DNA of 63,980 nucleotides, filler included, from Thelocarpon superellum (taxonomy: Eukaryota), in assembly GCA_026025795.1 (NCBI GenBank). It is 3 parts of 3 records of this genome, joined end to end, with 100 filler letters (N's around TTAATTAATTAA, not from the genome) between each part and the next. Parts side by side here need not be neighbours in the genome. Positions count along the whole stretch, not along the records: positions 1 to 23,650 come from JAPEUG010000281.1; positions 23,751 to 47,239 come from JAPEUG010000282.1; 1 more part is not named here. One strand, given 5' to 3'. A model generated the notes under the pieces. The model saw only the letters and a list, made by a program, of their open reading frames with translations. It searched no databases and was not told the DNA's origin. Shown piece by piece: positions 11,890 through 23,751 of the stretch. Position numbers and translations under genes: made by a program. Within the stretch, counting starts at the first letter, position 1. The number at the start of each line of letters is the position of its first letter.

Positions 11890-13161
11890 ATGCCACCTTC
11901 CTCGCCGCGATCCGTCCTGCTGGCGGCAGAATCACAGTGGATCTTCACCGAGGAGGAGCTCACCCGCACACCCTCGGGCCTCGATGGCATGCCGCTGGAG
12001 CAAGAACGAGAGAACCGGGGGAAAGGGGTCAACTTCATCACCCAGGTCGGCATCATGTTGAAGCTGCCGCAGCTGACGCTCGCCACGGCCAGCGTCTTCC
12101 TGCATCGCTTCTTCATGCGCTACTCCATGGTGGATAAGCCGGGACGACCGGGCTTTCATTATTACGTGGGTCGCCCGGACGCCTCGCCACGCCCGAGAAC
12201 ACCAGCTGACCCTGCCCGGTAGGCCATTGCGGCGACGTCGCTCTTCCTCGCGACCAAGGTCGAAGAGAACTGCCGCAAGATGAAGGAGCTGGTGGTGGCA
12301 TGCTGCCGGGTGGCGCAGAAGAATCCCAGCCTGGTCATTGACGAGCAGTCCAAGGAATACTGGCGATGGCGCGACACTATCCTCCACAGTGAAGATCTCC
12401 TCTTGGAAGCCATCTGCTTCGACTTGACGCTTGAGCCGCCTTACAAGACCTTTTTCGAGATCCTCAACGATTTTGGGTGCCAGGACAACAAAGAGCTCCG
12501 CAACGCCGGTTGGGCCTTTCTCAACGACAGTAACCTGACAATGTTGTGTCTCCTGTTTCCCTCTCGCACCATCGCAGCCGCCGCTCTCTACAGCGGCGCC
12601 AAACTGAGCGGGGTCGACTTCGAGGACGACAAGGACGGTCGAGCGTGGTGGGAGTTGCTGAACATTCCGTTGAGGGACATTCGACGGGCGTGCAACTACG
12701 TCTCGGACGTCTACGACCAGAGTCCGCTCAAACGGTCGGAAAATATCTACCGCCGCACACCAGAGAATGGGGACCCTTTGGTTGCTCCTACTCGCGCTCG
12801 ACGAAGCGATCTCGCAGGAACATCTCCAATGGCTGGCGATCGAGAAGTCTCATCACCATCAAAAAGACGACGAGAAGGCGACTTCGACAATTCGGCAGTA
12901 GGGATCTCCTCCAAAGACGACAGCAACGAGGACGAAGGCGGTAGGAAGAGGGTAAAGTTGGATGAACGGCAGGCGTCCAACGGGATCTACACAGCCGAGT
13001 ATGCAGAAGGAGATTCTCATCCCCACACCCCAAAGGCTTCATTTGACGTGCAGGTTCGAACTGGAAATGGAACCGCGACCACCGGTACTGGCGGGGAGGG
13101 TACGGAACCGGATGACAAGGACGTGGGAGAAGGAAGTGAAGAGGGAGAGCTTGAGGCGTGA
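11890..13161 (+). CDS. pch1: Cyclin of the T/K (Pch1) class
   Basis: QWIFTEEELTRTPS, GVNFITQVGIMLKLPQLTLATASVFLHRFFMR. Intron 12166-12222 leads to AIAATSLFLATKVEEN...YWRWRDTILHSEDLLLEAICFDL. An alternative in-frame ATG lies at 11875. Confidence 0.9.
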
Positions 13162-13793
13162 TTCGATAGACGAGTGAGGATGAAGTTGGTGTGTATAACA
13201 TGAATGATGACCATGAGTTTCATGAATCAAGTTGATTAAATAAGGAGACGCTCAGACGCTCTTTGCGTTTTCTCTCCCTGTTTCTGGAGCTCGCCGTCTG
13301 CCGATGCCTCACATGTTCTCTGCTTCGCCAAGCGATGGATCCAGGGGCGCCCCGTGATATATGACGAGTGCTATCATCAGGGGGCTGCTCCACATCTACC
13401 AAGACTAGGGAGCCCCTCAAGGCACCAGAACCAGGGAGCACCTCGACAGCTGCCAAAATCACGGGGCTCCTCTACAATTATCAAACGTGACGACGCCGCG
13501 AACCAGCTCCCCCCCATCCCCCAATCATCTGAACCATCTGGTCGATTTACGAATCGCGCCGACTCGAACAGGTGTAGTCTCCTTTAACCACATCTCAAAT
13601 GGGTCTGGTCCTTTCTTGACCAGAGTCCTTTAAGATAGGGAGATCTCTTCCCCCTCCCCACTCTCTCATTCTCTTGACTTCGCAGTCTCTTCCGCCTCCA
13701 TCCCCTACCTGTGATATCTCCATCGTCACCACCATAAACTCCCTTTCCAACCTGATATCATACTCCAACACACGCCATTCGAGAGACCTGAAG

Positions 13794-14060
13794 ATGGCAC
13801 AACCTCCTTCTACTTCCTTCGGCCATGAAAGCGGCGCCGCCCCCGTCGAAAAGCTCGCCCTGCAATTCCAGGGTCTCGCCCTCGCACCGGAAGCGGCGCG
13901 CGAGAAAGATCACGGAATGGAGGAGGCCCTCGTCGCGGCGTCAATCGAGGCGCTCTCCCTCCAGTTCCGAGCCCTCTCGATTCAGCCCCGCGTCGCCTCG
14001 AGACAGAAACGAGAAAGAGAGCGGAAGCAGAGGGCGAAGCAGCCGCCGCCGCCGCCGCCG

Positions 14061-14093
<33 letters not shown>

Positions 14094-14384
14094 CAACAGA
14101 GGCAGAAGCAGAAGCACTCCTCCACATCGTCGACACCGCTGTTGGCATCGTCGCCAGCTGGGATTACGCGGGCGTCTACCGTCTGTCTGCATCAGTGGCG
14201 CAGACAGAGGGAGGTGGCCTCCAAGACACGTCGCGAGGTGACGACCCGCGTGCCGCAGAGCGGTCCCGGTCCAGTACGTTCGTCCCGTCGCAACCGTGAG
14301 GTTCGTACGCCTGAAAGTTCATCGGAGGAAATTCTGCGCTGGATTAAGGAGCTTCCGCCGGTGAGAGGTGGAGGTGGAGGTTGA
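13794..14384 (+). CDS. Orphan low-complexity protein with polyP/polyQ tract and a duplicated Leu-rich motif
   Basis: ATG 13794 (aagATGG), open to TGA 14384. Internal duplication VEKLALQFQGLALAP / IEALSLQFRALSIQP. No family recognised. Confidence 0.55.
14043..14099 (+). repeat. Compound trinucleotide repeat (CCG)7(CAG)7(CAA)4CAG
   Basis: Directly visible; encodes P7Q12. Confidence 0.95.
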
Positions 14385-14702
14385 GCGTTGGAGTGGAATG
14401 GACTGGATTGGATGCTTGACGTGGAAGTGGAGAGCTCTCGAGGAATGGTACGATTTGTTTCGTCTCCGCAGGCGCGGGACTGTGTCTTGATTCGCTTCGG
14501 GGGTGCCGTTGCACTGTTGTCCTTTCTTGCACACATTCCTTTCGACTGGACGAGTACTGCTCGTTCTTTAAATGAGAAGGATGCTTGTCCTTCTCATTAC
14601 GGTAGGGTACAGGTAGAAGGTAATAGGTAGGAAGTCGACCGGGATAGAGTAGAGAGGAAATGTATCATAGGTGATGAATCAGAGAAATTCCCAGAGGCGC
14701 GA

Positions 14703-16804
14703 TCAAAAAAACCGGGCCAACTCCACGCGCCGATACCGACATCGTTCGGTATGCGACCACCATTTCTTGCCGGCGGGATGAATGGAGTTCCAGACGCCGG
14801 TGCAGCCATCACGGGCATCAATTTCCCTACTCGAGTCGAGGAGATCCGGGAGATCGATGACGGCCGTGTCGGAACCGTGCACGTCTGGCGTGAGGGTGTA
14901 GGTGATGTTGGAGCCAATGGCGCCAATAAAGCCCGGGATCTTAAAGACCTGCTTGATGGCGCCGTCTTCATCGATGATGATCCGAAAGCTGATGCCGCTG
15001 CGGGCTTGCTCCAGGCGCGCTTGCGCGGCTTGGCGCGCGGCGAAGAGCGTGCGCCGGCGAGGGGTGAGAGAGAGCTGCGGAGCGTGCGGACTGGTGGGAG
15101 ACTGGCCGGCGGACGCGGTGTGCCGGTTCATGAAGCTGTATTTGTCGCTCGAGATCGTCACCTGTTCCAGCGGTCGACATTCCGCTTGTAAGCAACCGTC
15201 GTGATCGCTGGGCGCCCGGAGGACGCGCAGTCGTGGAAAGCCACCAGCCTGGATGGACGAGGCGAGATGATCATTCGCTGACCCGGCCTGAAGCACGTCC
15301 CAGTGGAGGTACTCCAGGCTCGTCGACGCGATGATTGGCTGAAACACAATCTCCCCCCACGGGAGTTCGGGACACGCTTGTTGCACCAACGTGAACCGTT
15401 TGAGTGCCAGCAGAGACGAGAGTAGTTTAGAGATGACGGAGAGTCCCACGATCTCCAAGTGTAGGAGCGAGAGTTGACTGAGCGACCGCGCCGCCGGCGA
15501 GCTGGCATACCGTCCAATGCCTCGCTCGGTGACGCCTCGAAGATTCTGCAGTCGGAGAGATTGGAGTTCAGGTAGCGACTGGAGCGAGATGTCATCGAAA
15601 TCCGCCGCATCGAGGTTCGACACGAACAGGTTCTTCAGGGCCGGAAGGCGAGTCAGGGCACCAATCAGCAGCTCATGATGTAACACCCCGGCACTGGTTC
15701 GGTGCACGAAGAGGGTCTCCAGCCGGCGCCACATGACGTGATGATGGAGAAAGTCATTGGCCTGCTCCGGCTGCAACGTTGCTGGTACCGCCTGACGTCC
15801 CAAAAGTCGTGAGGGCGCCTTCGTGGGACTCGCCGTGATCACCCAGACGTGTTCGCGGAGCTTGGTCCGCGTGGACAAGGCGTAGCTGAGCCGGTCAAAG
15901 TTATGGTCGTATTTGTTATAGAAGCCCACCAATCGCTCCAGGTTCGGACATGCCATCACCACCGACGCCACCAGATCCACATACTTGGCACGCTCGGCTG
16001 CCGCCGCCGGGCTGGATTGACTGTCCACGATATCCGGCACCTTCAATTCCCGCACCAGCTGCGCAATGACCAGATTCTCGCGGAGCGTCCGTCGCAGGAG
16101 CTTCAGCCGGGCCCCGTGCTTCATCTTGAACTTCTTCCGCACGTGTACGACCGAGTCGTTCCCCACGAGCCAGATCGATCGATACCTGCAACACCCCGCG
16201 CGGTTAGCCTTCGCGGCGCGAAAGACGGCGGGCCCACAACGGCGTACATTTTGGGTCGGGCTGCGCGGCGCCACGTCTTGCTGATCATGCACATGCTGTG
16301 GAGATCGCGCAAGTAACACGTCGTACAGCTGGCCAGAAGCGGATCCGCATGTACCACCTTCAACTGTTCGATGACGTTGTCCAGCACTTCCTGCGGTAGT
16401 CGGTCGACAGCGTGGGGTCCTGTGGGCGGGACGGAGTCTCGTCGTGGCAGGGCAAAGGAGCTTCGCTGCGATAAGGGCATGGGTCTAGTCAGGCCCGAGG
16501 CCAGGCTCGCGCCGTTCGAGCAATCTGTCACCTGCGACAAGGTGGATGACCGCCGCGTCGTCGGCGTCTCGGCCGTCGCCCATGATAACGACGTTCGACT
16601 CGAGGTGAAGGAGGCTTTGGAGGATCGAAAGTCGACGCCAGTCCCTGCGCCCACACCAGCGGCCCCAGGGTGGTACCGGTCAACGCCGAAGCCATGGCCG
16701 ACGGACTCGCGTGGGTTATATGTAGGTATCCCGTCGTACCGTGCATGCATGTTATCCTGGTAGGGCGTAGTCAATGCCGTCGCCTGGACTGGTGCCGATT
16801 CCAT
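14703..16804 (-). CDS. F-box-like / leucine-rich-repeat (RNI-like) protein
   Basis: F-box-like DRLPQEVLDNVIEQL...CYLRDLHSMCMISKTW. Intron 16186-16247. LRR-type segments LPALKNLFVS, LPELQSLRLQNL and LLALKRFTLV. Start inferred at ATG 16804. Confidence 0.75.
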
Positions 16805-18559
16805 GATTGAAGAGGAGCTGGCCAACTCGGGCGGCGATGGACGGGGCCCCGCAGCGAGGATGGTTGACTCTCAGGTTGGTGACATGGTGTGGAGGACGAG
16901 GCTTCATCCGCCGGGAACGCCAGATCAGACCACGACGGCCACCCGTGGGGTCCCAGGCCCAATGGAGAGGCGCAAGCCGCGATCAGCGCGGGACCGCAGA
17001 TAGACGCACGTCGGACGTGAGAGCAGGCGATGCGGCCACGAGCTCCTCGCCGTCACACTTCGACTGCTGGGCCGCGATGGAGGATTTCACCGCGATTGGC
17101 GTGAACGAAGAATGAGGACATTCGGCGCAATTCACGGAGGTCCTGAACCATCGAGCGAGGTCTGGGGGCGGCGGACCAGGGGTGACAGGTAGCTTGGTAC
17201 TCGTGCTGCGGCCCGGAAAAGGTGGAGACAGTAGCAGTGTGTGGATATGTCAAAGAGCTTTGGGTCGCGCGGCCCTGCATATCGCTTGGTGCAGGCCCGG
17301 CTTCGCGGCAAGTAGGCTGGCTGAGCGCGGGCAGCACGGTGCGCTTACGGCTATGGGTTGGGTCGGTGCGGAGCCGTGCTGCTCGCCGTCGTCCCCGTCT
17401 GCAGTCCCTCAGGATGAGCGGGGGGCCCAGGCCGTGGACCATTGATAGCCGCCCTAGTGCTGAGCCCCTACTTTGCGTACGGTCACGGTCACGGTCATGG
17501 TCACGGTCTTGGCCGCGGCCGTGATGGGATCGACGGGGGGATGCTGGAAGCATGCTCCGGGCATGCCGACCTTGCTAGACACCATTGGGACGTGGACGCT
17601 CGGCGGGGCGCGGCGGCGGGCGCAGAGCAACCGGGGGCATTCTGCTGGCCCGGTCGGAATCAATGGGGAAATGATGGGCGGCCATCATGCGCTCAAGGCC
17701 ATGTCGACGCCGTGCCGGATCAGATCCCTTCTCGACCATTGGCAGCAGAGAAACAGGGTCCTAAATTGTGGCACCATGCCCTGCTGGGCTCGCGCTCGTC
17801 TTGGGAATGAACGCCACCACGAGGCTACGGCTCTCGTTGGAAAGCTAACCGACCTGCCGTGCAGCGGTGTGTGACCGTGCAGGCCCGCGGGAGTCGCCTC
17901 TCGCCTCGGGCCTGCTAGGATTGCTGCAGGGAACATGAGCCTCCGTGTGCTCGCCAAAGCCACGACCAAGTGCCACATCTCCTTCACGTCATCGCAGGTC
18001 ATGCTGCGGTCGATCGGTACATGATCCTGTCAGGTACTCCGCGTCCTGCTGAGACATGTGCCTCATCAGTCGTGCGCGCCACAGGTGACCGGCCGGTCCG
18101 AGTGCCGTCGTACAGATGGTAGAGAAGAGCTGGCGCCACGCGAACCCGAGACCATGAGGACGAGGACGAGTACGAGTACTTCGTACAGAGACATGGACAG
18201 CCGACCGCAGCGGAGCGTGTGGTTAATCCTGCTTTCCCGCCAACAAGGCCTGCGAGCAATGACTCGCCACCCGGCTACGGCTTCTCACGGAGACGTGAAC
18301 AGACCACGTTAAGACACCAGGCTCCAGCACCGTAGATTGGATTAGGATTGGTGTTCTTTCGTAGAACTACGGTGGAAAAGGTCGGAACGACAACCAGAGT
18401 CATCCACTACCATCGTCCGCTTCATCTGTATCCGAAGCTCGTAGATGGCGAGCGATGGCAAAGACGAGGGACGAGACGATGGGTGCAGGGTACACCATGC
18501 GTGCCAGCCGCCTGGTCCAACGCCCACCAACCTTCCGACGACTGCAGGTTCGAGTCCTT

Positions 18560-20103
18560 CTAGAAGCCAATCTTCAGCCTGCCATGCGCCCCGTCCTCTC
18601 GCTCGCTTCTCCAACTACGCTTCCACGCTTGCTCCTGCTGCCGTGCATCCTCAAATGCTGCCCGACAAGATGGCGGGAGCGTGGCCACGACGTCATCGCT
18701 CACGTCCATGAGACCCGGAGGTCCCAGGTCGAGCTCGTCTCCGTCGGGGCCCGGGATCCCCACCCCCGTCCGCGCCGGGCTGATGAAATGCGTGTCGGCG
18801 ATGAGGAAGCTTCGGCGATACCGTGCAGGGATGGGCGGGAAAAGCGCGGTCGAATGAGTGGCTTTGTTGCCGCGGCTGTCATGCCCATGGGATTCGGTCG
18901 ATGTCGAGACACCGTTGCTCACGACGCCATTCGCGGAAGTCGTCGCGCCGATGGACGTCGAGTCCTCAGGCACCGGCTCCCACCGAGCATGGGTGGGTTG
19001 GATGATCTTGGGATATTGTACAAGGTTCGTGTGGGGGTCGTATACGCCGTCCAGGTTCTCCCGTCGCGCCGCAACCATGAGAGTATTGAACCGGCTACCA
19101 CGAGCAGAGGATCAGTCGACAACCTGCACGCAGGCGGTCAGGGTCCTTACCTCGCCTCCCGCGCGTGCTCCAGCATCCAATTGACGTCCGTCACCACGAC
19201 CTTGCGCTTCTTCGCCTCGAGACTTTTGCCGCTGGGCGCCGGCACGCTTGGGGCGCCCGAGTGATAGACGCTGCTGGCGCCGTGCCACGCCACGTACTGG
19301 TTCTGATTGTACTTCTCGCCCGGCTTGGGCAAGCGGTCGTGTGGATCGGCCAGTTCGCCCGCGATGTCGCCGTGCTGCCGTGCCGCATCGCCGTGGTAGT
19401 CGTCAATCACCTTGCGCCCGCCCACCACGATGCGCGCACCAAACTCGCGAAAGACGGAGCGCGCCGTGACGACGCCGATGGCCCGTCCCTTGTATGAGTG
19501 CGGGATAAGCTCCCGATCGATGAGATCGCGCTTGGCGGGCTCATCGATGATGATCTTGTAGAGCTGCTTGTGTTTCTGAAAGAAGAGATAGCTGTCGCGG
19601 AAGCCGATGCAGCGCGCCGGCTCCGTCGACAGCATGTAGAGCCGACCTTTCCGGCCTAGGATGGTGAAGGTACGGCACCGGTATTCGCGACCGCCCTGCA
19701 GGTAGCCCAGCTTGTCCACCTTGGTCTCGCCCTCGGCATCCTCGGGCATGGCCACTTCGTCATCAATCACGTCCATCATGTTGCCCTCCTTGTCGATGGG
19801 CACCTGGGTAACGTGCGATGGGCCGCCTTTCGCCTTGCCCCAACGCCCACCGCCCGCCGCCGACGGCCGGCCCCGGCGCTTCTTGAACGGGGTCCCGGCT
19901 TCGGAGCCGCCGTCATCACCGCCACGATCCTCTCCAGCATCCCAGTCGGGCGGCTTGACCTTGGGTGGGCGGCCTAGCCGTCGCTTCCGTGGGTATTCAT
20001 TCGCGGGTGCAGGCGTCGATGGTTCGGATGCTGCTTCGGATTCCTGAGCGGGCGCCTCGTCTACTTGTGGTGTGGATGCATTCGATGCCGGTGCGTCGGG
20101 CAT
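18560..20103 (-). CDS. NPL6: Chromatin remodelling complex subunit Npl6/Rsc7 (Rsc7/Swp82 family)
   Basis: AT-hook-like GRP motifs; GETKVDKLGYLQGGREYRCRTF, CIGFRDSYLFFQKH, VVTARSVFREFGARIVVGGRKVIDDY. Intron 19095-19150. Confidence 0.9.
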
Positions 20104-23100
20104 CTCGTCATCCGACGCCTCTGCTTCAGTGACGTGAGGCGTTGGTGTTCCTGTTCGCGTTCCGGACCATGTCAGTCGGATAGAGCCCGGTTAATGCCCG
20201 GCCGTTGCAAGAGCGAAGGGTGTGGACTGGGGGACAACAGCTACTTACGGAGCGAGGCTGCAGCGGCCTGCGCGGCCGCGCGCGGTCTTCGACCCATGGT
20301 GTGCGGAAGACACCCTGGACAACTGCCAAGATGGATCCTATCGTGCGCTTTCCACAATCGCTATCATGGCTTGATCGATGGCGTCTCCTCTCGCGCCTGG
20401 TGGAGACAGCAGGCGCAGTGGTGTATTGGTAACATAGTGAATCGCGTCGTGGTGGCAGGAACGCCAAGTTTGTCCCGTCCTCGCTCGCTCGCTTAGTCGT
20501 TTCTTGCCCGCGGCCGGTCTAGCCGAACGCGATAAATTCCGGCGCCTTTGCCTGCACAACGTGGAAGAATGTTCACCTACATGTAGCCAACCGCTCCTTT
20601 TGAGCCAACTATGATCCATATTCTCTGCTTAATTCCGCCTAGATACAGGTGTCACATCACTGCTTCCTGAAAGGTACTTGCTGGTGGTCGCTGAGAATGC
20701 TGGCATCTCCAGATCCTTTCCTTGAGCCGAGGAGACGGAACGTTCCCTTTGCAATGGCAGATTCGTCCAGATTCCTGATCCTTCGGGTCATGTAGGAAAG
20801 CAATCACCTAATCCAGCTCAACCAGTGGCCTATCGTCCGTAGCCTTAGAGAGTGGCTGTTGGTATACCCTTCACCATGGCAAAGAATGAACGCAAAGATT
20901 CGACAAAGCCTACATGACAAAAAAGTTCAGCACCTGGAGATTCCGGGAAAAGTTGCTCATAGCTAACACGTCGATAAACACGTCCAGAAGTTGATGGCGT
21001 GGTAACTCTTACAGATAAGCTCTCACAGCCGGTGCCTGAGTCGATTCCTGCTTGCGTTTCCTGATCCACCCAACCATCCCTAGCTTAACACCAGGCTGGC
21101 CGACCTGGGCATTTGTCGGTCTTCGTACGGACGAAGAGAATGACAAAGTGGCCGCTTTCAACGATTCGTCATGGGGATGGTTTGCGCTATCACGCACTCC
21201 CTTCGCCTCATCCCTCAGGGAAATCCTCGACCAGCTACGGAAACTACCTACGACCTCCCCATGGTGCGGTCCAATTTCCCGCCAACGCAGCAGTCACCTT
21301 TTTAATCGACTCGGCAGCCTGAAATCGAACCAAGCTCTCACGTGATGCTCTCGCTCTTCAGTACACTTTTCGGCCTGCTGTTGATGGCGGTGGTGCATCG
21401 GCGATACCATCCTCGGTCTGACAAAGATCAGGATTGAGAATGTACTCAATAGTCGAATGCATGACTGGCTCGATCCGCTCCTTATTGCTCAAGCTGGCCG
21501 TACTCGGAATGTCGGCGCCAGCAGCCGTTTTTTGAGGGCATATGAAATGAGCTAAGGGCAAGTCCTCATAACGCTCAACCCACCTCCGTGACCAAGCGAC
21601 TCTAAAATAACGCTTCCAAGACCCGCGGTCACGAATCGCAGCACTCTCTGATACGGCGAGATCGCGAGAGTTGAGGACACATTGTTGAAGCAAGGGGCCT
21701 TCTATGGTCGTGGGTGCGAGTATTAGCACCCGGATGACAGTCGTAATCACTGTGAGGATGCGAGGGGAATGCCCCTGTCGCTTAAGCACTCTGTGGTGCT
21801 TAACTTATGGCTTTACCCGATTGTTACCCGGGCGCTTTTGGTGGGGCAGCGCCACCCGATCCTCGCCTGCTGCCACCCAGGCCAGGCTCACGGGCATCGT
21901 TGGCATGCTTCCGTGCGACACCACTGCGGCTCACCTTCTCTGGTGCGGGGCGCCGAAACGGAGCATCACGGCCGCAGCTTGACGGATTCATCTCGGACCC
22001 TATCGCGTAAAGCGTCCGAGTCGGGCTGCAACGCCACGTCGACATCGGCGTAGGTACCCGGGCCACAGCTCCCCATCGGTCCCGCTGTGCTGGCGACCGC
22101 TGTCAGCACCTGCACTTACGCCGCGTATGATTCGCGCTACCTTGTCAGCGCTCCGGTCCGTGACCCGCGCCCGAACGCAACCACCGGTCACGGCGCGAGG
22201 ATACGTTGGGGGCGCGCCGATGGGAGACGGACCGTCCGACTCAGGTCTTCTGGGGGATGAGCTATGGGCCGTGACTCCCGCTGCCCCTCGACTCGATTCC
22301 CACGTGGCTGCATGGGCCCCCACGGCTCCTAGGGTGGGTCGAGGTCGAAGAGGTTTAGTCCGCGCGCACTCACCGGGCCTTTCCCCCGTGGTCGTACGAC
22401 GTCGATCCTCAGCGAAGCTACGTCTAGTCCGTTGCGCGAAATGCAGGCCGGATTCAACGCATTTCACATGCTTCGAGGCCAAGCCATCGTACCGGCCTCC
22501 CGGGCAGAAAGAGCATCTCCAATTTTTGTTGCCTCGGAGATGCCATAATATCGCCGCGGCTCGGCGCCGCTGGGAGTAGTCCTGATCAATCGTACAGGAT
22601 TCACCTCCGTCTAAATTCTTCAGCCTCCGTCCTGCACGCCGGGGGGCATCGTGCGACGAAGGCTTTCGACAAGTACAAGTACCTGCAGGGAAGGTAGAGC
22701 TGTCAGCGGCACTGGCTGTTGCACGTAACCACGACGGTACCGCTTCACTACTGCTAGTCACTAGTAGTCAGTAGTAGTAGGAGTGATAGTGGTGGTATCT
22801 TTCGGCTGCAGGGACAGACTGCTAGGGCACCGTTGAGGCCCTCGTACGAGTACAGCGCACGGCGTCTCCGAGTCGGCGTCTTCCTCGCTGCACGGCCGCA
22901 CGCTACAGGCTGCATACGCTTGGAAGCCTCTGTTCGCACTGCGCCGGACCACCGCCGCCGCTGCCTGCCCTCTTAGCGCTCGCCGCCCCATCCCCATCGT
23001 CCTCGTCCGCTCATCGAGCTAGCTTCTTTACCCACGAGCCCATGAGCCCGTCGCCCTCTCTCACTGCTCCATCACCTCTCTGCCATTCCTCCTGTCATCG

Positions 23101-23246
23101 CTGGCGAGTCCCGCGTTGGGCAAACTACCAGCCCACATCTATGTGTCTTCGATCGAGAGCCGCCCGTGCAGCCCCACCACGCTTGTCACAGACGTCACCA
23201 TCCCCCACTTCCACCCCACCAACCACGTCCGCCCTCCAAGCCCGAC

Positions 23247-23650
23247 ATGGCAGTCGCAGATGACAAGCCACACATAGCTCGTCTCGATGACGACCTCCAC
23301 GATCAGATTGGTGACAATGGCTCCGCGCCTCCGTCCGGCGTTGTGACTCCTCGTCCTGACCCCACCGACAAACGCTTACCTAGCATCATGCATAGCTTCT
23401 TTGGCCAGGTTCGTCGCAGCTCGACTTTGGAACAAGGCCCTCTTCACCGTCCTGTCTCTTCTCCAGTTCTTGCCCGCGCTCTACCAATGTCGGCTGAGGC
23501 TTTTCAGCCCACGCTCGGGGACGCTGCGCTTCTCACGGCCCCCAACTCGCCACATGTCACGTCTCGTGCAGATGATGGCCGTCCGTCCATGGCTCTGCAC
23601 GATTCAGTGGACGAGATGGGTCCGTTGGAAAAGCTCCTGTCCGCGCCCTC
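23247..23650 (+). CDS. 5' fragment of a probable Sch9-type AGC kinase gene, cut by the contig end
   Basis: ATG 23247. The motif GVVTPRPDPTDKRLPSIMHSFFGQV resembles, from memory, the N-terminus of filamentous-fungal Sch9/SchA. The kinase domain is not in the window. Confidence 0.55.
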
Positions 23651-23750
23651 NNNNNNNNNNNNNNNNNNNNNNNNNNNNNNNNNNNNNNNNNNNNTTAATT
23701 AATTAANNNNNNNNNNNNNNNNNNNNNNNNNNNNNNNNNNNNNNNNNNNN
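23651..23750. other. Artificial contig-joining spacer (44 N + TTAATTAATTAA + 44 N)
   Basis: Exactly 100 nt with a six-frame stop linker at 23695-23706; identical structure to 47240-47339. Confidence 0.98.
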
Positions 23751-23751
23751 A

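Noticed and set aside
17053..18350. ORFs and (GGTCAC)n / (GAGTAC)n hexamer runs upstream of the F-box/LRR gene
   Set aside because: Short simple repeats and unconserved-looking translations; no support for a gene or mobile element.
23695..23706. TTAATTAATTAA as a piggyBac target site or biological element
   Set aside because: It is centred in N runs and repeated identically at 47284; this is a standard six-frame stop linker.
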